Source: a virus. Taken from it: a stretch of DNA of 64,000 nucleotides. Positions 55,831-64,000 of this stretch are shown here, one piece after another (position 1 is the first letter of the stretch; each line of letters begins with the position of its first letter). The notes beneath the pieces are model-generated. The model saw nothing but the letters and a program-made list of their open reading frames with translations. It made no database searches and was not told where the DNA came from. The translations under genes and the position numbers were made by a program. Location of the stretch: IMG/VR virus record IMGVR_UViG_3300042465_009257, positions 96,001 to 160,000 of that record. One strand, 5' to 3'.

Positions 55831-57690
55831 TTAATTGATGAAAAATCCCGCGAAGACTTCTTCATTATCATCATCGTCGCTCATCAATTTTTCATAACAT
55901 CGCCGAGCATAATTACCTAAAAGAAGGCTAGTGTAGGAATCCTTTCGCGCACGATGTTTATTTCCAGATTTCGCTTCAGCGGGAAGATCAAAACTAATAT
56001 TCCCTACTGAGTCTGTTTTTGTTTGAATCAAAGCAAGTTCCTTAGCTGTGTCGGCGACAACTTTGTCAACATGTTCGATGAACTCGCGGCGGCGCTCGTC
56101 ACCTGTAATTGAACTTGAAATCTGGTTAAATTCAAGATCTGGAACGTTCTTCAATAGATTAATGTTATAATCAACATCCGCATCACTATAATTGGAAATA
56201 GGAGAGGCAAACATAATCTTACTATGCTGAAGGTCGCCCTGCATCATTTCATTAGCATCACGAATCCAATTCTTTTTATTGAAAATCTGAGTAAATGCAA
56301 TATGGCTAGTTTGTTTATTGTATAAGTGCTTTGTTTCCCGATAAGTATCTTCATCAGTAAAATCTAAGCCAGACATGAAAATCTGTTTTTCATCTGGAAC
56401 CAAAGAATTATATTCTTCGATAAACCGAGGCCCGCCCGCGTGGTCAAGAATAATTAAAACGACATTAAATGAATCCATAAGATAGCGGAAATATTCCACT
56501 TTTCTTTTTACTTCACTTTTCGGCGAGGCATAGCCATGAACTAAGGTCGCCACGCCTGTTCCGTTTCCTGCTAGCTCTAGAACCGAAATTGCAAAGTTAT
56601 CCGCAGTTTCAGATCCAGCACTGGAGTTCGGGTCAACTGCGATAATATATTCCATTCCTCTTTTACCTTTAAACCTTACCTTTGGCTCTTCACCAACAGG
56701 CACAGTTGATCTAAGAATGTGTTCTACATTATAAAATCCGCCGCTGTCATCAGTGAAAATAGCATTATACTCTCTGTCAAATTGTTGAGAAGAAAGAGTT
56801 TTTCTGGCGTTCTCAATACTGTCTAAATCTAGTAAATTAGCTGCGGCGCATTTGTAGCCGAGTCTAAATAAGGAGTGACTTACATGAGCCGCCGTTGGAT
56901 CATGAATCGTATTTAGATATTGGAGATAAGTATTCTTATAGAGTGGCTGAAATTTATAAGTAGCAGAAGAAAGACCGATAATTTTATTGTTCTGGTAAAC
57001 AGTCCTCTCCCACTCCTGCATTTCGCCGCGATCAATCAGGATTTGCTCTGCTTCCGCCACTTTTCTTTGCTCTGCTCCATTGCCGCGCTTTACAGCTAAA
57101 AATGGAATAATAATATCTGATACAATCTTTTCCGGAACAGAAAGATATTCGTCAATAATTACTAAGTTGGCGCGATAACCACGATTCTTTTCTGTTAAAG
57201 GGGTCGCCGTAATAGTAGAGGTTCCAATTTTCATTTCCCACCGGTCAGTCCCGCGAGAAGCTGGTTTTGGTGAACATTGTTTTAAGAATCCGCCCTGTTC
57301 AGATTCGATGAACTTTTCCACCTGGTCAAAGATCATCTTTGCTTGACGGAAAGACGCTGAGCAAATAATTACTTTTGTCCCTGGGTTGAAAAGTGCGTAG
57401 AGAACAATAAAAATACTGACTGTGTAACTCTTGCTGAAACCTCTTCCTGCTACAATTAAATTAAAATCCTTTTTAAACCACGTCCTAATAATAATATCTT
57501 GGATGGGGTGAATTTTTCCTAACTTAGGCCCTATCAAAAATTCGGCTGCTAAAAAAGGATTACTAGCTAAAAACTTTGTAAACCATATGGCTGCATCCTC
57601 CGTACTTATATCACCTTTTACGTCCCGCCAATCGCTATTTATTTTTTCAATATTAATTTCTGGGGCATGCTCCCCTTCGTGCCAACTCAT
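55831..57690 (-). CDS. terL: terminase large subunit
   Basis: Q motif HPIQ, Walker A AGRGFSKS, Walker B VIIDE, motif III SSA, nuclease IAVDP and RKDSYTS. Confidence 0.93.
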   Translation of the reverse strand: MSWHEGEHAPEINIEKINSDWRDVKGDISTEDAAIWFTKFLASNPFLAAEFLIGPKLGKIHPIQDIIIRTWFKKDFNLIVAGRGFSKSYTVSIFIVLYALFNPGTKVIICSASFRQAKMIFDQVEKFIESEQGGFLKQCSPKPASRGTDRWEMKIGTSTITATPLTEKNRGYRANLVIIDEYLSVPEKIVSDIIIPFLAVKRGNGAEQRKVAEAEQILIDRGEMQEWERTVYQNNKIIGLSSATYKFQPLYKNTYLQYLNTIHDPTAAHVSHSLFRLGYKCAAANLLDLDSIENARKTLSSQQFDREYNAIFTDDSGGFYNVEHILRSTVPVGEEPKVRFKGKRGMEYIIAVDPNSSAGSETADNFAISVLELAGNGTGVATLVHGYASPKSEVKRKVEYFRYLMDSFNVVLIILDHAGGPRFIEEYNSLVPDEKQIFMSGLDFTDEDTYRETKHLYNKQTSHIAFTQIFNKKNWIRDANEMMQGDLQHSKIMFASPISNYSDADVDYNINLLKNVPDLEFNQISSSITGDERRREFIEHVDKVVADTAKELALIQTKTDSVGNISFDLPAEAKSGNKHRARKDSYTSLLLGNYARRCYEKLMSDDDDNEEVFAGFFIN

Positions 57691-57720
57691 AGTATATTTA
57701 TTTCTGTAAGGTATATAAAA

Positions 57721-58689
57721 TTAAAAAGTTTCATCAATAATCGGGTATAATTGCATATCCTCTTCCGTAGGTATACTCCAATTGTAATTTTTCGTGAGGC
57801 TGCTCTTCCTCCTCCCTTCGAAAAAAGTGCGTAAGATTCCACAAGGAACGCTGTATTTACTAGCAAACGTTTTAATCACTACGAATCTAGAAATAATCCC
57901 AAGATCTTTATTGAGTAGTAACTTTTTATTAAAAAGTCTATCAAGATTTTTTTGGTGTTCGGGCAATGGATTTTCAAGATGATAGCCTTTAGTATTGGAA
58001 TATTTACCTTGGCAAACTAAGACTACAGAGCTTTCAGGTGCGCCTATTTTTCTTGCGAATTCGGCCATATTATCGAATATGATTAATTCCTTTTCGGGGG
58101 AGAGCATGCGATACTCTCTTTTAACTACGTGAAACGAGGGGTTGACTGATTTCCAACCTTTGCAGGATTTCTCCGCTCCGGTTACAACATTAGATATACC
58201 TTGTCTGGGTAGTCCGCGCTCTTCGCAAAATTGACTTAAATTTTTCCCCTTAATTAAATTTCCTTCGGGGTCAAGAATTTCGAACTCTTTTGCTTTAGCG
58301 TGATTTTCTCTGTATACTCCTGGGTATTCTTCAATAGACTGGTCATGCCTAAGATTGTAACCATCCTGAAAATACATAGCTTTTAAATTTACTATATATT
58401 CTGACTCTAGACTCAATAATGGTTCTCCATAACTTTTAAGCTCCAAAATTTCAAAAGTAAAGCAGTCCTCTCCATGCTTGTTAAAAGAATGCTGCAAATA
58501 AGGACAACAGTGTATATTTTGCCTTAAGTCGCTCCTGTGTTTTGACCATCTCTTGTAAAACCCCTGTCTATCAGCAGCCTTTCCAATATAAAATCTTCCC
58601 GTTTTGCGATTTGTTATCTTGTAAATTCCATTTGTTCTTGGCCAAAATCGTTTGAAGTTGGAATTCATATGAAAAATCACGCCTATCAT
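57721..58689 (-). CDS. GIY-YIG endonuclease with 3 tandem repeats
   Basis: GIYKITNRKTGRFYIGK...KRWSKH...LESEYI...GYNL. Confidence 0.9.
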   Translation of the reverse strand: MIGVIFHMNSNFKRFWPRTNGIYKITNRKTGRFYIGKAADRQGFYKRWSKHRSDLRQNIHCCPYLQHSFNKHGEDCFTFEILELKSYGEPLLSLESEYIVNLKAMYFQDGYNLRHDQSIEEYPGVYRENHAKAKEFEILDPEGNLIKGKNLSQFCEERGLPRQGISNVVTGAEKSCKGWKSVNPSFHVVKREYRMLSPEKELIIFDNMAEFARKIGAPESSVVLVCQGKYSNTKGYHLENPLPEHQKNLDRLFNKKLLLNKDLGIISRFVVIKTFASKYSVPCGILRTFFEGRRKSSLTKNYNWSIPTEEDMQLYPIIDETF

Positions 58690-59609
58690 TATAGAAGCCC
58701 CCTATCTTTTAAGTACTCAAGATCCGTCGTCTTAGCTGCTTCCCCCATACGAAAAATCTTATCAATAATCTCAACGCTACGGTAACGATTCGGCGCGAAA
58801 ACAAATTGAATATTATTGTAATCGGTCATAAATTTGCGTAACTTGTTGAATAAGAACGCGCCTCCTATCTTTTGAGAAAAAGAATTCTTTGGAGAATATT
58901 CAAAAGCATCAATAAAAGAGCATTCTGTAACTACAACTAAGTAAATTCCAAGCTCCGCTGCCCGCTCAACCTCCTTAGCAAATCTTTCGATTCCTTTTGT
59001 AAGGGTTCCCGCAAGGTCGTAAATCGATTTCCTTTCAACAAAAACATTACAGAAGAATTCTTCACTGGGGCAATAATCACCAACAATCAGTTTTTTTACT
59101 TCCGACGCCTGGCCGAAGTTCAATGGTGTCTGCTCTCGCGTATCGACATAAACATTCATTGGGCCACTTTTAAACTCTGGACTTTCTGTCTGTAGTTTCA
59201 TTTCCAGCCCCACTGTCCTCAAATTTGTTTTCAAATTTTCTACTCCCCCAAACATCGTAATATAGTCACTCAAGCATGGGACAAATAAACTCTTCATTTC
59301 AACATGGGACGGAATCAGATTAGTCTGTTTTTCTTCTGCTCTTTCTTTTAAAATATTAATAGAATAATCTTGAACTTCTTTGCCGCCTGGAGCAATCCAC
59401 TTAAGAAAATTGTACTTACTGTTGAAATTCGTAGAAAAATATTGTTTAATATCCTTAAACTCAATTAATTCTCCATCGAATAGGTCGCGCCGATTGAAAA
59501 ACAAAGGGTAGTAATCCCTTGGAATTAGACCGTGGTCCTTTTTAATATGGCGGTGAAGTGTCGAAAAGCTTCCTGTTTCCGCGCCGCATACTTGACATTT
59601 AAAATCCAT
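58689..59609 (-). CDS. C2H2 zinc finger + ERCC4 (XPF/Mus81-type) nuclease
   Basis: CQVC...HIKKDH; VDTREQ...GDY...VERKS..DL. Confidence 0.88.
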   Translation of the reverse strand: MDFKCQVCGAETGSFSTLHRHIKKDHGLIPRDYYPLFFNRRDLFDGELIEFKDIKQYFSTNFNSKYNFLKWIAPGGKEVQDYSINILKERAEEKQTNLIPSHVEMKSLFVPCLSDYITMFGGVENLKTNLRTVGLEMKLQTESPEFKSGPMNVYVDTREQTPLNFGQASEVKKLIVGDYCPSEEFFCNVFVERKSIYDLAGTLTKGIERFAKEVERAAELGIYLVVVTECSFIDAFEYSPKNSFSQKIGGAFLFNKLRKFMTDYNNIQFVFAPNRYRSVEIIDKIFRMGEAAKTTDLEYLKDRGLL

Positions 59610-59611
59610 GA

Positions 59612-60763
59612 TTAATCATTTATCTGGTGAGAGAACCCTAATATTTCGTTGATTCCCATCCCGTGGGCTTCTCCGATTTCTTGGGGAGTGTCTTTTATTT
59701 TTTGAATCTCAGTCATGAGAACCTTTTCCGCATAAACTTTCGATTTAAGAATAAATTTTTCACGATTACCTTGGTCGCAGACAGCATTAATATAACGCGC
59801 CAAAGACTCATGGTATTTCGATTCAGTATCTTTTCTTTTTGAATAAGATTTATTTAATGTATCTTGCAGAGCCTTGATGTTCTTCTGACATTTATCTAAT
59901 TCGTTGGTTTTTGCTGAAAGGTTTTCCGCGAATACCATATTCGTCTTTTCGTCCCCTTCAAGCGAAGATTTTACTCTGCCGTCTAAAAGATTCATCATTT
60001 CCCGAATCTGCATTTCTCGAATATATTCGCCGCAGAGCATCATACAAGCGTTGATGTCATCTGGAATCATATCGGGTTTATTGTAGGTCGCCCGAATGAA
60101 TTCAATTTCGAATAATTCTCTTTCCTGAATCTTTTTAAAACTATTAATAGTAAGACAGAATTTCTTTAAACCCAAATTGGCTTTAAGAACTCTTACGCAC
60201 TTGCGTTCAAAAGAAGAAAGTCTGTGTTTCGCCATGTCCGCGCCGCCATCTGCCCGATTGATCTTTCTGATCACTGTTTCGTCTGTAAGCGGCGGGCGGT
60301 ACTCTCCGTCCTGAATATCGTCAACTTCATGTAGAACCTCAGCAGGACCCTTGTATTCGCGTCCTAAGGCTACCTGTAGAGCTTTTACGCTATTGGCGCG
60401 GCTATTCGCTTCCCCGCTTTCAATTGTGCCCTCAAAAAGAATATTAACAATCTCACCTGGCTTGCGGGAAGCGGTAAGACTAATAATTTTTTCAATTTCT
60501 TTATCGGTAAAATTATAATATTCGCGGCCTTGTTTAAGTCGAAGATAAAAAGCCTTTGCTTTCGTAAACTTCGTGTCACGCTTGTCAATCATCATGTCCC
60601 CAAAAGCCTTGCGGACAAAGTCAAGCATATCCTTCGTTTCCTCAGATTCTAAATTCTCCCGAATATACTTTTGGGCATGATAAGGAATTTTCTGAGTAGC
60701 TTCGATGATAATAGCGTCAGTTTTATTGACGGCATCAAAGGATAGTAGTGATGCAGGATTCAT
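59612..60763 (-). CDS. hypothetical coiled-coil protein (terminase small subunit candidate)
   Basis: Helical and upstream of terL. Function inferred from position only. Confidence 0.4.
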   Translation of the reverse strand: MNPASLLSFDAVNKTDAIIIEATQKIPYHAQKYIRENLESEETKDMLDFVRKAFGDMMIDKRDTKFTKAKAFYLRLKQGREYYNFTDKEIEKIISLTASRKPGEIVNILFEGTIESGEANSRANSVKALQVALGREYKGPAEVLHEVDDIQDGEYRPPLTDETVIRKINRADGGADMAKHRLSSFERKCVRVLKANLGLKKFCLTINSFKKIQERELFEIEFIRATYNKPDMIPDDINACMMLCGEYIREMQIREMMNLLDGRVKSSLEGDEKTNMVFAENLSAKTNELDKCQKNIKALQDTLNKSYSKRKDTESKYHESLARYINAVCDQGNREKFILKSKVYAEKVLMTEIQKIKDTPQEIGEAHGMGINEILGFSHQIND

Positions 60764-61473
60764 TGTGCAAAAATATCGATATCTTTCATTATAACTTTCG
60801 CCCGATTAATTAAAACTTTTTTAATGTTTGTAATTTGGCGATAACCGGGCAATTTACCCTCTTCCGAAGTTTTAAATTTCATAGCCTCAGAAATAAATTC
60901 ATCAGAGCGGTGTTCAATGTACAACCAACGGTAAAGCTTTTGCATTTTCGGGGTTAATCCCGTCATTACTAGTTGGTGTAAACGGTCTGATGCGGCGGCG
61001 TAATCAGGAGACTCTTTGGATTCTAAAGTAATTCTACTTTCCCCTTCTGGGTCTGAATCATAAGCCTTATCAGTTGATTCCGCCAAGAGCATATTGTAGC
61101 CAACCCCTTTTGAGACTTCCCATTTTGCGAATTTAGAGCATTGAGAGTTTTTTGCGCCACTGGGAGTAAAGGAACATTGTCCGCCACCGATATTAAATTC
61201 ACATGTTTGGCATGGAGGGGCAAGTCGCCCGTAGAATTTCTTTTTTAAATTAATAATTTGGCGGTTAATTAGACTTGCCGCCCAAGGAGAAAAAGGAAGG
61301 TTTTGATTCCACTGGTCGAATTTAGTAAAGATATGAAGTCTAATGATCTGGGATACATCATCATATCCAACTTGGCTAATAGAATCTAACGTCCAGAACG
61401 AACGCTTAGATGATAAAATTGAGTCAATCTCCTCTTGACAATCTTCGTAAGTTTTAACCTTTATCATCGGCAT
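60760..61473 (-). CDS. phage-encoded ECF-like RNA polymerase sigma factor with Cys4 insert
   Basis: Region-2-like YDDVSQIIRLHIFTKFDQW...FSPWAASLINRQIINLKKK; region-4-like LTPKMQKLYRWLYIEHRSDEFISEAM; CQTC..C..C between them. Confidence 0.75.
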   Translation of the reverse strand: MPMIKVKTYEDCQEEIDSILSSKRSFWTLDSISQVGYDDVSQIIRLHIFTKFDQWNQNLPFSPWAASLINRQIINLKKKFYGRLAPPCQTCEFNIGGGQCSFTPSGAKNSQCSKFAKWEVSKGVGYNMLLAESTDKAYDSDPEGESRITLESKESPDYAAASDRLHQLVMTGLTPKMQKLYRWLYIEHRSDEFISEAMKFKTSEEGKLPGYRQITNIKKVLINRAKVIMKDIDIFAQ

Positions 61474-61816
61474 CCATCTTGGTCGTTGTGGTCATCCGCT
61501 TTGTAAATTCTTTGAAATCTTTTTGAGAAACTTTTTTACGATCAACCCAACCCGTTTCTCCTTGGCCGATTACTGAACCGAATTTAACCCCTTGTTTGGC
61601 GCTTGCAGTAATAGCAACTTGATCAAGATCAGGGATTTCTGGTTCATATTCCTCTTCGAAGTAGCGGCGCGGGGGCGTCGGACGCGAAACTGGTGCAGGG
61701 GCGGGAGAAGAAGCGATAGCCCCACCATTCATTTTAGTGCCACATTGAGTGCAAAAATTTGGACGCTGGGAATGATATTCCATTGAATGCCCACAATGGG
61801 CGCAAAAACTTTTCAT
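61454..61816 (-). CDS. zinc-ribbon protein
   Basis: FCAHCG...PNFCTQCG followed by a Pro-rich linker. Confidence 0.75.
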   Translation of the reverse strand: MKSFCAHCGHSMEYHSQRPNFCTQCGTKMNGGAIASSPAPAPVSRPTPPRRYFEEEYEPEIPDLDQVAITASAKQGVKFGSVIGQGETGWVDRKKVSQKDFKEFTKRMTTTTKMDADDKG

Positions 61817-61830
61817 GATATACTACTTAA

Positions 61831-61859
61831 ATTAAATGAACTTTTTCAAAAAAAGTCAA
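61831..61859 (-). promoter_or_regulatory. host sigma70-type promoter TTGACT-N17-TTTAAT
   Basis: 5/6 match at both boxes with a 17-nt spacer; 14 nt before the ATG at 61816. Confidence 0.65.
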
Positions 61860-61871
61860 CTAAAAATAAAT

Positions 61872-63518
61872 TTAGGTTTTAATAATTGTCACGCCCAAGA
61901 GTCTTGCGTCGGCAGTAAATGTATCCGATGCGTTGGTTGCATTGCGATAAACTTGAAGTTTGATCGGGGCATATGCGGCTGGAACTGGCGGGGTAATAGA
62001 GGAGGTGAAGCTACTTATATGAACTCCGCTAGATGTGACTTTAGTATCAATAATGTTTTGAGGTGGACCGTAAATAACATCTAAAGCGCCAAAATCTGCC
62101 AGAGCTATACCTCTTGCACCCCACATGATAGCCCCCGCACCTACTGTCCCACAAGTCCAAATAAATTGGCATTTAAAGCTATCCCATCCCAATGGTAATA
62201 AAAAGTCACCTTGAGCGTACTCAATAGCAGACTGATCAAAGTCAAGAACTTTATAATCGATTTTATTCGTAGTAGTCGTAATTAAACCAGTTGCCGCTCC
62301 GCTTACAGTCGTAGGATACAATTGCCCGACAGGAAGATGGATTATGGAAGAGGTATCACAATTATTGAGATATAAATTATTCCCTTTCACGGAAACAAAT
62401 GTTCTACCACCCAGCCCAGGACCTCTCAAAGTTCCACCAGCTAGAGTCAGATAATCATTATCGGTAGACGACATCGTACAAGCTGCACTAGTTTGGTGGA
62501 TAATTTGACATGAGAACCCATCTACTAGTGGACCGTATTCAAAATTGATAAAATGATCTGTAGCTTTTGTATTATATAGAATTTTACCGTCGTACTCTGC
62601 CCCAATCTCAATAAAATCATTTATTCCATAGTCCAATGTTCTATAAATATCGTCTGAATGAGCATAACGATTAACTCCAGTAATTCCTGGCGCTAGTTGG
62701 ATATTAACACCACTAGAAGTGCGGACATTTAAACTTGAATTTCCAGAGGAGAAAAGAATTGTCCCGCTGGGGTGAAAAGTTGTAGGATTGACATTTGCAT
62801 GACGAATAACAAATGATCCTTTTCCCCCAATATCAGTGCGCGTACCAAATTCTTGGAAATAACCCACTTCTACTGAATCTCTTTGAGCTTTTAAGACACT
62901 AAATAAATTGTATGCTCCGTCCCACATGCCCCAGCCAAATCCCATGAAATTTGAAGGAATAGTAGCAGAGTTGACTTGTGGATTTACATAATCAAAACTT
63001 GAATAAGTATTGGCAGCGGTAAAATCGTAGATTCCCGGAAGAGTAGCGCTGGCATAACCACCTAAATTCGATTTAAATAGCGCCTTAGATCCTACGAAAT
63101 TAGAAACTTCTGTATATTTCAGATTTGCGTTTGTTCGTTTTACGATTTGGGGTGGACCGTAACCTGCATTAAAATCAGTTTGATTAACGCCAAATCCGAA
63201 GTCAGTATTAGAAGTATAATCACCGTTCCAATAAACTTGTAATGCTCCAGATCCAGATGTTCCGCCTATAGTTCCGTTGCCAAATCGCATCCGGCCTTGA
63301 TTAAAATAGAAATCATTATTATTTCCTGAGATCAGATTTAAAGTCGGAACTTCGCCTGAAAATGTGGAAAATAAAACTTTTGGTATCCCCGTCGAACTCG
63401 CCAAGTAAAGGTCAATTAAACCGGGAGAACTCCCACTTCTAAAAAAAGCGAAACCTGGGGGATCTGCAACCAATGATGGGTAGACCGCTACTAAACCGAA
63501 TCCTGATGGGAATGACAT
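61872..63518 (-). CDS. fibre/spike-like virion protein
   Basis: G/S/T-rich; C-terminal LDFDQ..EYAQ...YRNATNASDTFTADARLLGV domain of phage fibre-tip type. Confidence 0.55.
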   Translation of the reverse strand: MSFPSGFGLVAVYPSLVADPPGFAFFRSGSSPGLIDLYLASSTGIPKVLFSTFSGEVPTLNLISGNNNDFYFNQGRMRFGNGTIGGTSGSGALQVYWNGDYTSNTDFGFGVNQTDFNAGYGPPQIVKRTNANLKYTEVSNFVGSKALFKSNLGGYASATLPGIYDFTAANTYSSFDYVNPQVNSATIPSNFMGFGWGMWDGAYNLFSVLKAQRDSVEVGYFQEFGTRTDIGGKGSFVIRHANVNPTTFHPSGTILFSSGNSSLNVRTSSGVNIQLAPGITGVNRYAHSDDIYRTLDYGINDFIEIGAEYDGKILYNTKATDHFINFEYGPLVDGFSCQIIHQTSAACTMSSTDNDYLTLAGGTLRGPGLGGRTFVSVKGNNLYLNNCDTSSIIHLPVGQLYPTTVSGAATGLITTTTNKIDYKVLDFDQSAIEYAQGDFLLPLGWDSFKCQFIWTCGTVGAGAIMWGARGIALADFGALDVIYGPPQNIIDTKVTSSGVHISSFTSSITPPVPAAYAPIKLQVYRNATNASDTFTADARLLGVTIIKT

Positions 63519-63521
63519 ATA

Positions 63522-64000
63522 TTAAGAAATAATTTTAAACAGATTTCCTCTCCTAGAGGGTTTATCCAATTTACTTGACCTTGAAACGGAGTTCCAAGTA
63601 TCTCCTGTGTAAAGCGTGGCATCCTTAATAGAACGAAAAGATTTAATAATGTTACTATTTTCATCTATAAGATTAACAATTGTGTAGGAGACACGCAAGT
63701 TTTTTTTAAACCCTTGAATTTTATCGCCTCTGTATTCAAGGAAAAACATAAAACCATTTGTAGATTTTTGCCTTTTCCGATTAACCTGTAAACTATTTTC
63801 TCTATTAGCTATTTCACTAATAGTCCTTTGATTTACACCTAAATCTCTTGAGCAGTCAGCCATGCAGTCATATTTTTTGTAAAACTCTCCATCAATAGTA
63901 TAAGCGAAAACTTTAACCGCTTTTGGATTTAATGCACCTTTCCGATTCTTAGATGTGTTATTTTTTCTCATATTGGCCCGAGCTTCATCCGTATATATAT
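63522..64000 (-). CDS. C-terminal part of a homing endonuclease-like protein (NUMOD3-like + 2 NUMOD1-like)
   Basis: The frame stays open to the window edge (YTDEARANMRK...GALNP); VFAYTIDGEFYKKY...DLGV and IIKSFRSIKDA. Confidence 0.7.
   Translation of the reverse strand, partial: IYTDEARANMRKNNTSKNRKGALNPKAVKVFAYTIDGEFYKKYDCMADCSRDLGVNQRTISEIANRENSLQVNRKRQKSTNGFMFFLEYRGDKIQGFKKNLRVSYTIVNLIDENSNIIKSFRSIKDATLYTGDTWNSVSRSSKLDKPSRRGNLFKIIS

Noticed and set aside
49204-58689. Group I introns or inteins hosting the endonucleases
   Set aside because: Flanking genes look complete, intergenic gaps are too short for intron cores, and terL has normal length with no intein motifs.
1153-62084. Plus-strand ORFs and short nested minus-strand ORFs in the ORF track
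   Set aside because: They overlap well-supported minus-strand genes and lack recognisable motifs; treated as shadow frames.

Overview
This window is the virion morphogenesis, packaging and lysis region of a large, AT-rich tailed dsDNA phage. Essentially all genes are on the minus strand. Read right to left it contains: a homing endonuclease (HEG) fragment, a fibre-like protein, a sigma70-type promoter, a Zn-ribbon protein, an ECF-like sigma factor with a Cys4 insert, an ERCC4 nuclease, terminase large subunit, portal, a lysis cassette, a protease-scaffold polyprotein, decoration and major capsid proteins, neck genes, a ~23 kb cluster of modular fibre/adhesin genes, tail tube, a tailspike, tail chaperones, tape measure and tail-tip genes. 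Three free-standing GIY-YIG nucleases with tandem ~48-aa repeats are interspersed. No sheath gene was recognised, so the tail is probably non-contractile. The main hand-read signals are: (1) a bipartite motif TTTCC-N17-TGTAA (11 perfect copies plus variants) just upstream of structural genes, probably the late promoter of the phage-encoded sigma factor, with one copy inside the protease gene ahead of a nested scaffold start; (2) a shared multi-hairpin 3' UTR after the capsid and tail-tube genes; (3) short shared peptides and N-terminal anchors suggesting plug-and-socket fibre attachment; (4) fibre-like proteins with Sec signal peptides; (5) a ~1600-aa fibre gene broken by a TAG and a frameshift. 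All calls come from motif recognition and synteny; no searches were run.
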